Notes: generated from the sequence alone by a model not told the origin. A stretch of DNA of 64,000 nt from Bdellovibrionota bacterium (GCA_041740355.1 JBGSMD010000002.1:1-64000), one strand, 5' to 3'; numbered from the stretch's first letter, positions 1-10,411 are shown. Made by a program: numbers and translations.

Positions 1-141
1 TAAGTCCAGAAAGTAATTTCCAATAGGAATTACTTTCTGGGGCTTACTATCCCCCGGAGGGATAATAAAAACATATAGTTATGACAAAAATCACAAAACT
101 AACTTTTGAATATTCGGAAATTAGTTTTTGTCATAACTATA
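1..141 (-). mobile_element. MITE-like repeat family A, copy 1 (divergent variant; about 5 nt cut off by the window edge)
   Basis: Reverse complement reads TATAGTTATGACAAAAA...TTTTTGTCATAACTATA..TTTTATTATCCCTCCGGGGGATAGTAAGCCCCAGAAAGTAATT...AATTACTTTCTGGACTTA and aligns with 21841-21987 and 33321-33466. Confidence 0.8.
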
Positions 142-220
142 CTAGTTCGGTGTCCTGTTTGTTTATCCTAACAAACAAACGGGATAACATCAGGCCATAG
201 CAACGGGCGTAGTTAGATTG

Positions 221-1210
221 TTAAGCAATGCTTGTTTTCACTAAGTAATCAACTGCCGGCTTAATTAATTGGTCAAAAGAATTCTGCAAGTCCTGATCAA
301 AAATGCCAGTAGTTAAGCGGTGCTTAAAAACAAAAGGGGCAAGTGTTTTAAAGTCATCTTCCGTTACATAATCACGACCATTCACAATTGCCCAAGCTAG
401 CAATCCTTTTTGAAAAAGTAAGGCCGAACGCGTAGATAGTCCAAATTGAAAATTAGGATTGTTTCGCGAGGCCTGTGTTACTTTTACAATTGCTTCCTGA
501 ATTGTTGATTTGATTTTTACTTGAGCAAGTAATTGCCGAAGATTTAAAATTTCCTCTCTGGTACAAACTGCCCTTAGAGATTTTGATTTTTCTTCGATCG
601 CACTATGTACTGTTAGGATTTCCAGTTCCGTTCGCTGGTCAACATAAGTCATCGGCACTTTTAATAAGAAGCGATCCAACTGAACCAGTGGAAGCGGATA
701 AGTCCCTGCTAAATCGAGTGGGTTTTGAGTCCCAATTACGAAGAATAGATCATCTAAACGGTGAGTTTGGTTGTCGATTGTCACTTGTTTTTCAGCCATA
801 CACTCTAAGAATGCTGCTTGAACTTTGGGGCCAGTGCGATTGATTTCATCAGCTAGAACAATATGTGAGAATACAGGCCCCGCTTGAAATTTAAACTCTG
901 CCGATTTTGGATCAAATATATTAACTCCAAGAACATCTCCTGGTAGTAAGTCGGGAGTAAATTGAATTCTTTTAAAAGAATTAAGGTGAGCATTTCCACT
1001 CGAGTCTATTAATTGACCTAAAGTTTTTGCTAGAGTTGTTTTTCCAGAACCTGGATAATCCTCTAGTAGAATATGTCCATCGGCAAAAAGCGCTGTTAAG
1101 ACTAGTTTGATAGTATCTTCTTTGCCTTTAACTATAGTTGCTAACTCTTCCAGTAGTCTATTGCTGATTTGATAAGCTTGCTCGAATCCAAAAGTTATTT
1201 GATCATTCAT
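221..1210 (-). CDS. moxR: MoxR-family AAA+ ATPase
   Basis: GHILLEDYPGSGKT Walker A, RIQFTPDLLPGD, LADEINR Walker B, TQNP...GTYPLP.QLDRF. Confidence 0.93.
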   Translation of the reverse strand: MNDQITFGFEQAYQISNRLLEELATIVKGKEDTIKLVLTALFADGHILLEDYPGSGKTTLAKTLGQLIDSSGNAHLNSFKRIQFTPDLLPGDVLGVNIFDPKSAEFKFQAGPVFSHIVLADEINRTGPKVQAAFLECMAEKQVTIDNQTHRLDDLFFVIGTQNPLDLAGTYPLPLVQLDRFLLKVPMTYVDQRTELEILTVHSAIEEKSKSLRAVCTREEILNLRQLLAQVKIKSTIQEAIVKVTQASRNNPNFQFGLSTRSALLFQKGLLAWAIVNGRDYVTEDDFKTLAPFVFKHRLTTGIFDQDLQNSFDQLIKPAVDYLVKTSIA

Positions 1211-3065
1211 GTTCGGTAAATATTTGTTTAATTAAACTGTTAATTAGGGAAAGATAGTCTTTGCCCTGCACTGTTGTTAAATAGTTGTTTGGCCCTCGAA
1301 GAGTTAGGTACTGTGATTCTTTATCTGAGGAATAAGTTAATTGAAAATTAGTACTTTTACCAGAAGTTAAATCCAAATTTGTCGGTTCTAATAATTTTAC
1401 TAATTCCGAAGGTAAGCCAGTGCTAGTGACTGGAAACTTTAAATTATTATTTAAAATAGCAGCTGGCTGGACTTTAAATAACTTCTCAATAAATACTGAT
1501 TGGTTTTGTGCTGTGCTTATTTGAATTAACTGTACTAAAGCTTGAGCTTTCAATGCCTGATCGAATTCAATTTTTGGTTCGTTAATAACTTCTTGTAGGA
1601 GTTTTTGCGCTTCGTTCTTAGCTCCATGAGTTGCGAGGTTGGAAGCTAGGTAGGTTTGATAATAGAATTTAGAATTGGGTCTTTTATCTACCTCTTGTTG
1701 CTTAGCAATCACGCGACGGGCCGTACTCTTGGGCAAACTTTGAAAAAAGAATCCTAGGCTAGGATAATCTAATAAGCTGTCTGTGTGGCGAACATCAAGA
1801 TCTTCAAACTTTTCTAAATAGCTTAGTAAAAGTAATTTCGCTTTGCGATCATACCAACTGGCTTTTAGGTAATTTGTGAAAATTTGTTTCCAGCTAGCTA
1901 GCTTTTCTAAATAGCTAGATTTTGGAGCAGATCTTAAATGGTTATTGTAAGCGAGTAGGCTTTTGGAATAATCGCTGTAAATAGCAGATTGTAAGTCTTC
2001 AATGTTTGCACCAATACTCCCAAACCACTGTTGATGTTCGATTGCCTTTTGATAATGTTCTAGGGATGCTGCGGGATCTCCCTGGTAATAACGAATTCGT
2101 CCTAGAATTAATTCTAATAGTGATTGATGTTCTTCGTTATTACGAAGCGGATATTGAGCAAAACAGCTTTTGAAATTTTTTAGAGCGGAATCTGCCAGTT
2201 TAAGTCTGAGCCCTTCAATATGGATAATGGCCAAGTTTAAACTTGGCAGGATGTGCTCACAACCATCTGGCAAACGAAGGGCACTTTCCCAGGAGCTTGC
2301 AGCTTGATCTTCTTTAAATAGTTCTCGGTAAACTTCACCCATATTATTTAGAGGTGTTGCCGACCGACCATATGAGCCTAAAGATTTTTCAAAATCATAA
2401 GCCTTAGCAAGAGTTTGAATTCCTTTTTCTTTTTCGCCAGTTACCGAGTAAAGAATACCCAAGATATTTAAGTTGTTGCCAATTGCAGCACCATTCCGAA
2501 TTCCATTTTTAGCTTCTTCGATTCCCTTCTCGTGTTGTTTTAATTTAAAGTAGATCCAGGCCCGGCTAGATTCTAAGTAGGGATCGGTGTACCCATATGA
2601 TTCATACTCATTAAGATTATTTAATGCCTGTTGGTAAAGATCTAAGTTTTGTCGGACAGTACCAAGCTGTCTAAGAATTTCAGAGTGTAAAATTTGTTGT
2701 CGATAATCTATGTATGGTGGCTTGCCATACTCTTCAAAGAGCACCTGTTCTGCTTTCTTAAAATACTTAAGTGCAAGGCGATAATGACCAACATTAGTCA
2801 TGTAATAGCTGCCGAGCATATTCAGAGTTAAGATCGAGCGAGGATCTTTTTTAAGCGCAGCAGTCAGCTTACTACGAGCGGTGAGCGGTTGGTCATAGAT
2901 TAAAGTTGAGGCTTCACGGATTAAAGTATCCACCGATTTTTCCTGATCTTCTCGATTATCCACAACAGGATTAAATTCAAAGGGATCCCAGAATTCGTCA
3001 CCGCCGCTTTGAGCATTGGAAGCAAATGGAAATAATACTAGGAAGATCAGAATTACTCGCTTCAT
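1203..3065 (-). CDS. Exported tetratricopeptide-repeat protein
   Basis: Signal peptide MKRVILIFLVLFPFASNA; TPR-like helices (LNMLGSYY, LNILGILY, LNNMGEVY); overlaps both neighbours. Confidence 0.75.
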   Translation of the reverse strand: MKRVILIFLVLFPFASNAQSGGDEFWDPFEFNPVVDNREDQEKSVDTLIREASTLIYDQPLTARSKLTAALKKDPRSILTLNMLGSYYMTNVGHYRLALKYFKKAEQVLFEEYGKPPYIDYRQQILHSEILRQLGTVRQNLDLYQQALNNLNEYESYGYTDPYLESSRAWIYFKLKQHEKGIEEAKNGIRNGAAIGNNLNILGILYSVTGEKEKGIQTLAKAYDFEKSLGSYGRSATPLNNMGEVYRELFKEDQAASSWESALRLPDGCEHILPSLNLAIIHIEGLRLKLADSALKNFKSCFAQYPLRNNEEHQSLLELILGRIRYYQGDPAASLEHYQKAIEHQQWFGSIGANIEDLQSAIYSDYSKSLLAYNNHLRSAPKSSYLEKLASWKQIFTNYLKASWYDRKAKLLLLSYLEKFEDLDVRHTDSLLDYPSLGFFFQSLPKSTARRVIAKQQEVDKRPNSKFYYQTYLASNLATHGAKNEAQKLLQEVINEPKIEFDQALKAQALVQLIQISTAQNQSVFIEKLFKVQPAAILNNNLKFPVTSTGLPSELVKLLEPTNLDLTSGKSTNFQLTYSSDKESQYLTLRGPNNYLTTVQGKDYLSLINSLIKQIFTEHE

Positions 3066-5224
3066 CGCTGTTTAAATTTAAAAATTGAACTTGGATTAAA
3101 GGCCACTAAGGCTTTCTGCTTAAAGCGTAGTGACTTGTAGAAGCTTGTTAGTAAAGAATCTAATTGCCCTGATTCCGGATTAGCTTTAGTGGCATAGATA
3201 ATTTTATTTAAGACCTCGGCCAGCTCCTGATCAATCACCGGGAAGGTATTTTTTACACGAAGTAGATAGTCAATTTTTGTTTCTCCCGATTTAGTTGGAT
3301 ACCCTAAGTCTTGCAGCATAATACTCAGTGCTTGGTAGATTCTTTTTAATTTATTCTCGGGGTTAGCTTGTAGTTTCCATCCAAGTAGTAGATACAATTT
3401 TCTAAGGTAGAGTAAGCTTACCAAAGCTAAGATCAGAAAGCTGATTTGTTTGAGTTTAATGTAGCTAAGAAATTGTTCTAGTCGATCAGATTCTTTTAAC
3501 TCAGGATCTAGTAAATCGTCACTAATAATTTCTTCATCAGTCCCTAGCGAGTCAATTAAATTATCTAAAAGACTTTGATCTACGGGAGTTTCCGCGTGAC
3601 TTTCGACCTGTTCTGGTTGGGTATCAAATGGGACCCAGCCGATTGTATCGATGTAAACTTCGGCCCAAGCATGACGATCGCTCATTCTCAGTAAAATATG
3701 CCCATCCTTAGCTTGGCTAAAATCAGTTAGATATCCCGTGCCAATTCGACTCGGAATTCCCAAAGCTCGGAGTAAATAAACTGTGGCATGGGCAAAGTGT
3801 ACGCAATAACCTCGAAGATCTCCAAATAAAAATTTTGCAGTCGGATCCGCTTCTTTAGACAATTCATGATTGGGAGTTAAAGTGTAAATGGCATTATGAT
3901 TTAAGTAGTCAATGATTGTTAAGACAATATCTAAACGATCGACAGCTTTGGATGTTAGCTTTTCAGCAAGCTCTTGATAGCGAAGGTCAGGATGTTTCTC
4001 GGTGTAGTGCGCCCAAGCTTTCTTGTCCCAATCGGGATCGCCTAGCTGTAATTCGGCAATCTGTTCGAAACCATAGTTGGGAGCAAGGGAAGTAACTTTA
4101 AAGGCACCTTTAAAATTATGATCTTTATTTTGAAGCCTCAAGGGGCGAATGGTTTTTGGATAATCAAGACCAAAGGCTAGTTGATGATCTCCTAAGAGAT
4201 AGACTTTTTGAACTATTTCTTGGCGGTCAGCGGCATTTTTTAAATCAGCTTTACGAACGTAAGTTTGGTAGGTTGAGGTGCGAGTGATATCAGGATCGTA
4301 TTCTGGGCCAGCTAAAACTAGTTCATTCTTTTTTAATTGAGAGAGAGCTGATTCCCTTAGGTAGATCATTGGAGAATGAGGATTTAATAAATAATCATTT
4401 TCCAAGCGAACTAGAGCTGCTGGTTGGTTTGATCCTCCTAGGGCCGAGTCGAAATTTAAGGGGCTGACGCCCGACTCATTAGAGCTTCCCACTCCATTTT
4501 GCACAGCAATCTCATACTTGCCTTGATGAGCATTGTAGACAATGTAGGTAATAAGCAGAAAGAAGCCGATTAATAAGATAAGATTAATAGCATTAAAGAT
4601 TTGAAAACGTTTTTCAGATAAAATTTGGTTAAAGACTAATAAGGAATCTTTTTTTTCAATTGCTAAGGTTCCAAGGAGAAATAAATAGCTTGTTAGTAAA
4701 CTTATAATAGCAAATCCAATCCCTGTAATAATGGCCAATGGCGGAAACTTAAGTTGCCACGCTAAATCGTTTACAATTTTTATTAGGTCAAAGCGATAGT
4801 TTTGATGTAAGGCAAAAAAGGCTAGACAGGTAATTAGAATTAGAAAAACTTCAGCTGTGGCATAACTTCTTACTTTTAATATTAAGTAAGCTGACCAAAG
4901 GGTAAGTAGTAAAATAACAGCTAAAAGATCAAGGTGAGTAAAGATCGTAACAAAAAGGTAGAGATTAGAGCTCGGTGCTAGATAGTTAATTATAAAAAAA
5001 CTTAACTGATAAATAATTAGAGCGCATATTGTTAGAATGCTTAGAGCAGAAAATTTAAAACTTTTCTGTGCTAAGTTAAAGCCAGTAGTAATTCCAATAA
5101 TTGCTGTCGGGAAGACTAAGAAAAGGCTGGTGTCCAGATTCACAATCTGATCGATCGTCCAGATCATGATACAGATTAGTAAGCTACGCAGGATGATTAA
5201 AGATATTAATTTATTACTAGACAT
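3062..5224 (-). CDS. Membrane transglutaminase-like protein (TgpA-like)
   Basis: About 7 N-terminal TM helices; GYCVHFA...LLRALGIPSR..TGY and HAWAEVY....GWVPFD give an intact Cys-His-Asp triad; one C-terminal TM. Confidence 0.88.
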   Translation of the reverse strand: MSSNKLISLIILRSLLICIMIWTIDQIVNLDTSLFLVFPTAIIGITTGFNLAQKSFKFSALSILTICALIIYQLSFFIINYLAPSSNLYLFVTIFTHLDLLAVILLLTLWSAYLILKVRSYATAEVFLILITCLAFFALHQNYRFDLIKIVNDLAWQLKFPPLAIITGIGFAIISLLTSYLFLLGTLAIEKKDSLLVFNQILSEKRFQIFNAINLILLIGFFLLITYIVYNAHQGKYEIAVQNGVGSSNESGVSPLNFDSALGGSNQPAALVRLENDYLLNPHSPMIYLRESALSQLKKNELVLAGPEYDPDITRTSTYQTYVRKADLKNAADRQEIVQKVYLLGDHQLAFGLDYPKTIRPLRLQNKDHNFKGAFKVTSLAPNYGFEQIAELQLGDPDWDKKAWAHYTEKHPDLRYQELAEKLTSKAVDRLDIVLTIIDYLNHNAIYTLTPNHELSKEADPTAKFLFGDLRGYCVHFAHATVYLLRALGIPSRIGTGYLTDFSQAKDGHILLRMSDRHAWAEVYIDTIGWVPFDTQPEQVESHAETPVDQSLLDNLIDSLGTDEEIISDDLLDPELKESDRLEQFLSYIKLKQISFLILALVSLLYLRKLYLLLGWKLQANPENKLKRIYQALSIMLQDLGYPTKSGETKIDYLLRVKNTFPVIDQELAEVLNKIIYATKANPESGQLDSLLTSFYKSLRFKQKALVAFNPSSIFKFKQR

Positions 5225-6401
5225 ATTGACTGCTAATTTTCTGAGTTCTGAGACGAGAGTCTTTTTTAGAGTGATGGAATAAAAAATTATTCAATTTTGA
5301 GGTAGCAATCACCGGCTGCTTGGAAGTAATTAATAAAACCTTTACTCCTTTCGCTTTGCAATGAGCTAGTAAAGGCTTACGAATAGGGTTATTATCTTCC
5401 ATAAAGATGGCTATTTCTAAGCAGCTATGTTCTTTGCCTAATAGTTGGTTAAACTTAGGGTAGTTTGCTTCCCATTTAGTAGCTTTTGCCGTCCAGACGT
5501 TGGCAAGAATTAATTCTTTAGCCATTGTAAGATCATTTAGGACGGGTTGATTTACGCCGGAGCAATCAAAAATAAACTCTAAATCTTTTTTCCCAATTTG
5601 TTCTAAATAATTAAGGCAGTGTCTGGCAAGTTCCGGGCTTTTCTCATCGGCAAATAGACAGACCAAGGATTTGCCAGCTGGCAGAGCGGTGTCCTCTGGG
5701 TGTCGGGCAATTAGCGCTTGGTTTCGGGCAAAAATTTTCCAGACGATCTTACTAATTCCATCACTGGGATGATATTTTTTTAAATCATAATAATCACCCA
5801 TTTTTTTCTGGGGGATATTTATAACATCACCTGCCGTTAGGCTAGAAAAAACGAGGGGAAGTTCAGGTGTGAAAAGCCGTGGTGGTTCCACTTTAATAAT
5901 CGGAAAATTTTCGGTGTTTTTAATCCCAATAATGACTGCCAAGCCTAAAAAATCACTAACGCTATATTCAATTTGCTCTAGTTTCCATTCACCATGATGT
6001 GGAAAATCAACTTGATAGGCGGCAGTTAATTCTTGTTGTTTTGTTTTTAAAATTAATGCTGGTGGTGAGAAGCGAGAATGTTTAAAAATTAATTTAATTT
6101 TGACTTGGCAGAGCGGAAATATTTGTAAATTTTTAATCTCTAAGTTGATAAATACGGGTCGATCGAGATATTGAATTGCCGCGGAAGAATGTCTTATTAT
6201 TTCTAAAGCTAATTTTCGCCGTAAAATAACAAAATTTACCCCGACAATAATGGTAACAATGAAAATTAAACCAATCAGTGATACAGCAAAAATTGTTGCT
6301 AATAGGTCGGTTTTGGCGATTAAGCTCAGGCAATAGGCACTAGCAAGCAGCAGGATTAAGGCATTAAGAGTTAAAGGGAAAAAACGACGCAAGGTTTTCA
6401 T
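5217..6401 (-). CDS. DUF58 domain protein
   Basis: Two N-terminal TMs; GDYYDLKKYHPSDGISKIVWKIFAR DUF58 signature; MoxR/transglutaminase context. Confidence 0.85.
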   Translation of the reverse strand: MKTLRRFFPLTLNALILLLASAYCLSLIAKTDLLATIFAVSLIGLIFIVTIIVGVNFVILRRKLALEIIRHSSAAIQYLDRPVFINLEIKNLQIFPLCQVKIKLIFKHSRFSPPALILKTKQQELTAAYQVDFPHHGEWKLEQIEYSVSDFLGLAVIIGIKNTENFPIIKVEPPRLFTPELPLVFSSLTAGDVINIPQKKMGDYYDLKKYHPSDGISKIVWKIFARNQALIARHPEDTALPAGKSLVCLFADEKSPELARHCLNYLEQIGKKDLEFIFDCSGVNQPVLNDLTMAKELILANVWTAKATKWEANYPKFNQLLGKEHSCLEIAIFMEDNNPIRKPLLAHCKAKGVKVLLITSKQPVIATSKLNNFLFHHSKKDSRLRTQKISSQYV

Positions 6402-6545
6402 CTAGATCATATTATAGGAGAACAACTTTTTTCGAAATAGTGACCTATGAAATAGGCGACTTTATAAAAAAATTAACGATTTAATTTTAATCGCCTTGCA
6501 TTTCAAGGAGATAGTGTTGGAAGTAATCCCTAGGTCTGGCTTGGT

Positions 6546-7574
6546 TTAATTTTTAATTGGATTAGTACTTTTAATCACATCAGTGATGATTTCCAGGCCT
6601 TGCTGGCGAGCAAGAGGGTCGGCCATCCACATGTGTGGACCCTCAATTAGCTTCTCTGCGGTATTATAGAGATATGCTGTCCGACTTACTTCCTTGGTAG
6701 AGATAGTATGGTCTGTTTTTGTGCCCACAACTGTAATTGGCACACCGCTTGCCCTAACTTTTTCACTATCAATTGGTATCATCGCTTGATAATTTGCGAG
6801 CAGACTTTCTGGGGATAATTTGCAACCTTTGGGGACATGCTCTGGTGTGGTTGAAAAAAGGATACGCGCAGCTGTTTTTAAATCTTGCATTGCAGCTGAG
6901 GCATTTAAAGTTAGATTTGCTTTGGCAAAAGCCAAGGGGTTTTTTAAGGCAAAACGTAGATTTGCCATCATCATTCCAGCGGGTGGCACTGAAGCGATTA
7001 ACGTGGCAGAAGCAATGTTAGCACAGTTTTTAGACGCTAAATATTTTTGAACTAAATATCCTCCAAAGGAGTGCCCGACTATGTGAATGTTTTTCACACC
7101 ACTAGCTTCAATACTTTTGATAACAGTTTCTAGATTGCTTAGGTAGCGACCAATTGAAAAATTAATTTTCTTTTGATTTAAATTAGCATCAGTTTTTAAT
7201 TTCCCACTTCTTCCGTGTCCATCTTGACTAAAGGAGAAGCTATTAATGCCTTTAGCTGCTAGTTCTTTCATTGCTGGAAAATTCATTGTGGCGGTTGACC
7301 AAAAGCCAGGCACGAATAGTACCGCTGTGTCCGAGCGAACTTCAGGGCCAATTGCTTTAACTTGAATCACATGTAAATCAGTTCCAAATTTTGATTCAAC
7401 ATAGCCGTGAGAAGGCTCATAATTAAGAGTTCGTTTTGGCAAGCGATCACTAGATAGGTCATAGGGCTTGGGGCCTAATCTACTGGTAGTTAATGGCTTG
7501 GCTTCATTTTGGACGAGAGTCTCTTGCTTAGTCGGTGCTGGTGTTGGATTATGTTTTGTCGATGCTGAGACCAT
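6546..7574 (-). CDS. Alpha/beta hydrolase with Pro/Thr-rich N-terminal extension
   Basis: VLFVPGFW, DGHGRS, nucleophile elbow GHSFGG, candidate Asp (KTDH) and His (GPHM). Confidence 0.85.
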   Translation of the reverse strand: MVSASTKHNPTPAPTKQETLVQNEAKPLTTSRLGPKPYDLSSDRLPKRTLNYEPSHGYVESKFGTDLHVIQVKAIGPEVRSDTAVLFVPGFWSTATMNFPAMKELAAKGINSFSFSQDGHGRSGKLKTDANLNQKKINFSIGRYLSNLETVIKSIEASGVKNIHIVGHSFGGYLVQKYLASKNCANIASATLIASVPPAGMMMANLRFALKNPLAFAKANLTLNASAAMQDLKTAARILFSTTPEHVPKGCKLSPESLLANYQAMIPIDSEKVRASGVPITVVGTKTDHTISTKEVSRTAYLYNTAEKLIEGPHMWMADPLARQQGLEIITDVIKSTNPIKN

Positions 7575-7658
7575 TGTTACTTTATTATTTAGATGTTCTA
7601 ATTATCTAAAAGATGTATAGATTTTTCGTACCTTTAGACCACTTTCTTTAGTTAAATT

Positions 7659-8462
7659 TTGATTACTGTGGATAAGTCCAACTTTCAGCACTGTTTTGTC
7701 GATTGGCATGTCCATTTTTACCCTAGCTATGATTATCCTAGCGCAATTAAAAGGGTTTTTATTAAGCTTAAAAGCTATTGTCAGCAGTTAGATCTGGAAG
7801 CTGGAGCAGTTGCAATACTAGTCTTAACTGAACGTGATGATTGCTCATTTTATTCTGATTTATCAATTGATTGCAGTCACTTAGAAGATCAATTTAAAAT
7901 TACTAAGTTAAAATTAGGTATTCTGATTAGTGAGGCCGATAATCATTTGATAATTTTCCCTGGAAGGCAAATTAACACTAAAGAGCGAGTGGAGTTACTA
8001 AGCCTAGGTTCTGATGAAAGAATTCCGTCTGGTCAAGATCTAGATTCAACAATCGAGCAAATCACTAATAATTTGAGTTTCCCAGTAGTTAACTGGGCTC
8101 CTGGAAAGTGGTGGATGGCTCGTGGTCGATTAATTAAAGCTTTGATTCTTAAATCCTCAAGCAGTTTATATCTTTGCGACACAAGCTTACGTCCTAAGTA
8201 TTACCCTCGCCCAGTTTTAATGCGACTTGCTGATTCCAAGGGCATACCAGTTATTAATGGATCTGATCCTTTACCTCCCCCCGAAGAACAAGATTTGATT
8301 TTTTCTTATATCACATATTATCAGCAGTCCTTTGATCTAAGTGATCCAAGTACAAGTTTAAAAAATTTAATTCAGTCTAAGCCGACAAAGATTCTAGGAG
8401 AAAGATCTTCCATCTTCCAGTTGTACCTAAGATTGAAGCGTTACTATCGCAATAAAATATAG
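7659..8462 (+). CDS. PHP-like metal-dependent hydrolase, putative
   Basis: DWHVH, LTER and GSDPLP resemble PHP motifs; TTG start uncertain. Confidence 0.5.
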   Translation: MITVDKSNFQHCFVDWHVHFYPSYDYPSAIKRVFIKLKSYCQQLDLEAGAVAILVLTERDDCSFYSDLSIDCSHLEDQFKITKLKLGILISEADNHLIIFPGRQINTKERVELLSLGSDERIPSGQDLDSTIEQITNNLSFPVVNWAPGKWWMARGRLIKALILKSSSSLYLCDTSLRPKYYPRPVLMRLADSKGIPVINGSDPLPPPEEQDLIFSYITYYQQSFDLSDPSTSLKNLIQSKPTKILGERSSIFQLYLRLKRYYRNKI

Positions 8463-8472
8463 GAGTTGATTA

Positions 8473-9504
8473 ATGTTATCTTCCAAGCGTTCATTTAAAT
8501 CAGATAATTATTCTGGAATTCACCCAGATGTCTTAGCGGCAATTAGTAATGCCAATCAGGGACATGCCTCGGCCTATGCCGAAGATACATATAGTCTGGT
8601 GGCAACAAAACTAATCCAAGAAGTATTTTCAGCAAATTGCGCAGTTGCTTATGTGCTAAATGGCACGGGAGCAAATGTACTCTCCTTAAAAATTTGTTTG
8701 CGTGCTGGAGAGTCTGTCTTGTTAGCAGAGTCTTCTCATCTAAATGTTAATGAGACTGGTGCGCCCGAAGCAATTGTCGGTTGTAAATTACTACCCGTTA
8801 AGACTAATCAGTTTGCAAAAGTTACACCAGAAGCAGTACGTAAAAAATACTTAGCTGAGACGCTCAATTCTTATCATGCAACCTTACCTAAGGTCCTTTC
8901 TGTTTCGCAATCAACAGAACTGGGAACTGTTTACTCAGTACCCGAGTTACAAGAATTAAAAGATTTAGCAACTGAATTAGGATTATTCTTTCATCTTGAT
9001 GCTTGTCGGGTTTATAATGCCGCTGAGTTTCTTAAAGTTGATCTGGCAACAATTACATCCAAGGTAGGTGTAGATTTAATTAGTTTAGGCGGAACAAAAA
9101 ATGGCGCAATGCTGGCTGAGGCAGTGGTTATTTTTAACCCTGAACTTCAAAAGAATTATCGCTACATTCAAAAAAATACGCTGCAACTTTATTCCAAGAA
9201 TCGTTTTGCTGCGGCTCAATATCAGGCTTTATTAAATGGCGATTTATGGTTAAGAAATGCCACTCAGGCAAACACCCTAGCGCGAAGTTTAGAGCAGCAG
9301 CTTAAGGGGAGAAAGGATATTCGAATCATTTATCCAGTAGAGGCTAATATGTTATTTCTGGAAGTCCCAAGTGAATTAGCGGATCGTTTAGTAACGGAAG
9401 GCTTATGTTATTTATGGTCTGAGGATCCGAGTGTTGTGCGTTTAGTGATGAGTTTTGATAATACTGAAAAGGATTTAGAAGAATTAAAGAGTTTACTTAA
9501 ATAA
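8473..9504 (+). CDS. ltaE: Low-specificity L-threonine aldolase
   Basis: FKSDNYSG, NGTGAN, HLNVNETGAPE, STELGTVYS, HLDACR, SLGGTKNG (PLP lysine). Confidence 0.88.
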   Translation: MLSSKRSFKSDNYSGIHPDVLAAISNANQGHASAYAEDTYSLVATKLIQEVFSANCAVAYVLNGTGANVLSLKICLRAGESVLLAESSHLNVNETGAPEAIVGCKLLPVKTNQFAKVTPEAVRKKYLAETLNSYHATLPKVLSVSQSTELGTVYSVPELQELKDLATELGLFFHLDACRVYNAAEFLKVDLATITSKVGVDLISLGGTKNGAMLAEAVVIFNPELQKNYRYIQKNTLQLYSKNRFAAAQYQALLNGDLWLRNATQANTLARSLEQQLKGRKDIRIIYPVEANMLFLEVPSELADRLVTEGLCYLWSEDPSVVRLVMSFDNTEKDLEELKSLLK

Positions 9505-10411
9505 CAATTTCTGATGTTTCATATGGTTTTTTCTTGTCGGCCTTAGAAACTAAGGCCGATGTAATTAACACAATCAGTGCTCCTACTAGTTGAGTGCCAC
9601 TTAGTCTTTCTCCAAAAAAGACCCAAGCAATTGGAACCGCAAGTAGCGGTCCAGTGGCTCTAAGTGCTGAAGATTTCCAGCCATCAATTCCTTGTAGTGA
9701 AGTATAGAGTAAGGGGATGGCAAGTACATAAAACATAATGGCATGAACTCCAATGTAACCCCAACCAGCAACTTGGTTGGCAGTAAAAACTAGTGGACAG
9801 AAATATAAAGCAAACGGAGCAGTTAGTAGTCCACCGGCAGTTTCAGTTAGTGTGGAAGTTTGAATTGGAGTTAGCATTTTTGTGACTTGGGGTGCGTAGC
9901 GATAGGAAAGTCCGGCGGTAATCACTGCAATCAGAATAATCAGGTCTCCCCATCCGGCAGTATTCATTGTGCTAATATCACCAACTGAAAGTAAGAGTGC
10001 GCCAAAGATATGCACCAGAAGTAATAGTAAATGTTTATTTGAGGGTCTTTTCCCATCTAGGATCCAAACCCAAAAAATTACTAGGTATGGTTCCATTTTG
10101 GTGAGAATCACGGCTTTAATGCCCGAACTCATGGAAAGGCCAATGGTAAAAAGAATATTTGCAATTACTGGGCGGCAAAGAGTTAACTTCCAAAGTGGAC
10201 CGATTACCTTGCGAATATTTTCCCATTTGGGAATCTGCTTACAGATAATCAAATAGCTAGTGGAAATCACTCCGGCAAAAAGCACTCCGATTGTTGATGC
10301 GAGGATTGGATCGACTACAGCAACACCTTGGACTTTAAACAGTGTTGCAATGCTAGATAGGCAGCTGGAAAGGATTGCAAAAACTATAAACTTGGAAGAG
10401 GGTTTGGGCAT
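9497..10411 (-). CDS. DMT/EamA family transporter
   Basis: About 10 TM helices; P.LAV.IAW.FFGERLS..QLVGALIVL C-terminal EamA motif. Confidence 0.85.
   Translation of the reverse strand: MPKPSSKFIVFAILSSCLSSIATLFKVQGVAVVDPILASTIGVLFAGVISTSYLIICKQIPKWENIRKVIGPLWKLTLCRPVIANILFTIGLSMSSGIKAVILTKMEPYLVIFWVWILDGKRPSNKHLLLLLVHIFGALLLSVGDISTMNTAGWGDLIILIAVITAGLSYRYAPQVTKMLTPIQTSTLTETAGGLLTAPFALYFCPLVFTANQVAGWGYIGVHAIMFYVLAIPLLYTSLQGIDGWKSSALRATGPLLAVPIAWVFFGERLSGTQLVGALIVLITSALVSKADKKKPYETSEIVI

Noticed and set aside
151-186. Hairpin TGTCCTGTTTGTTT/AAACAAACGGGATA as the moxR operon terminator
   Set aside because: G-U pairs favour the + strand and there is no U-tract on the - strand; role unclear
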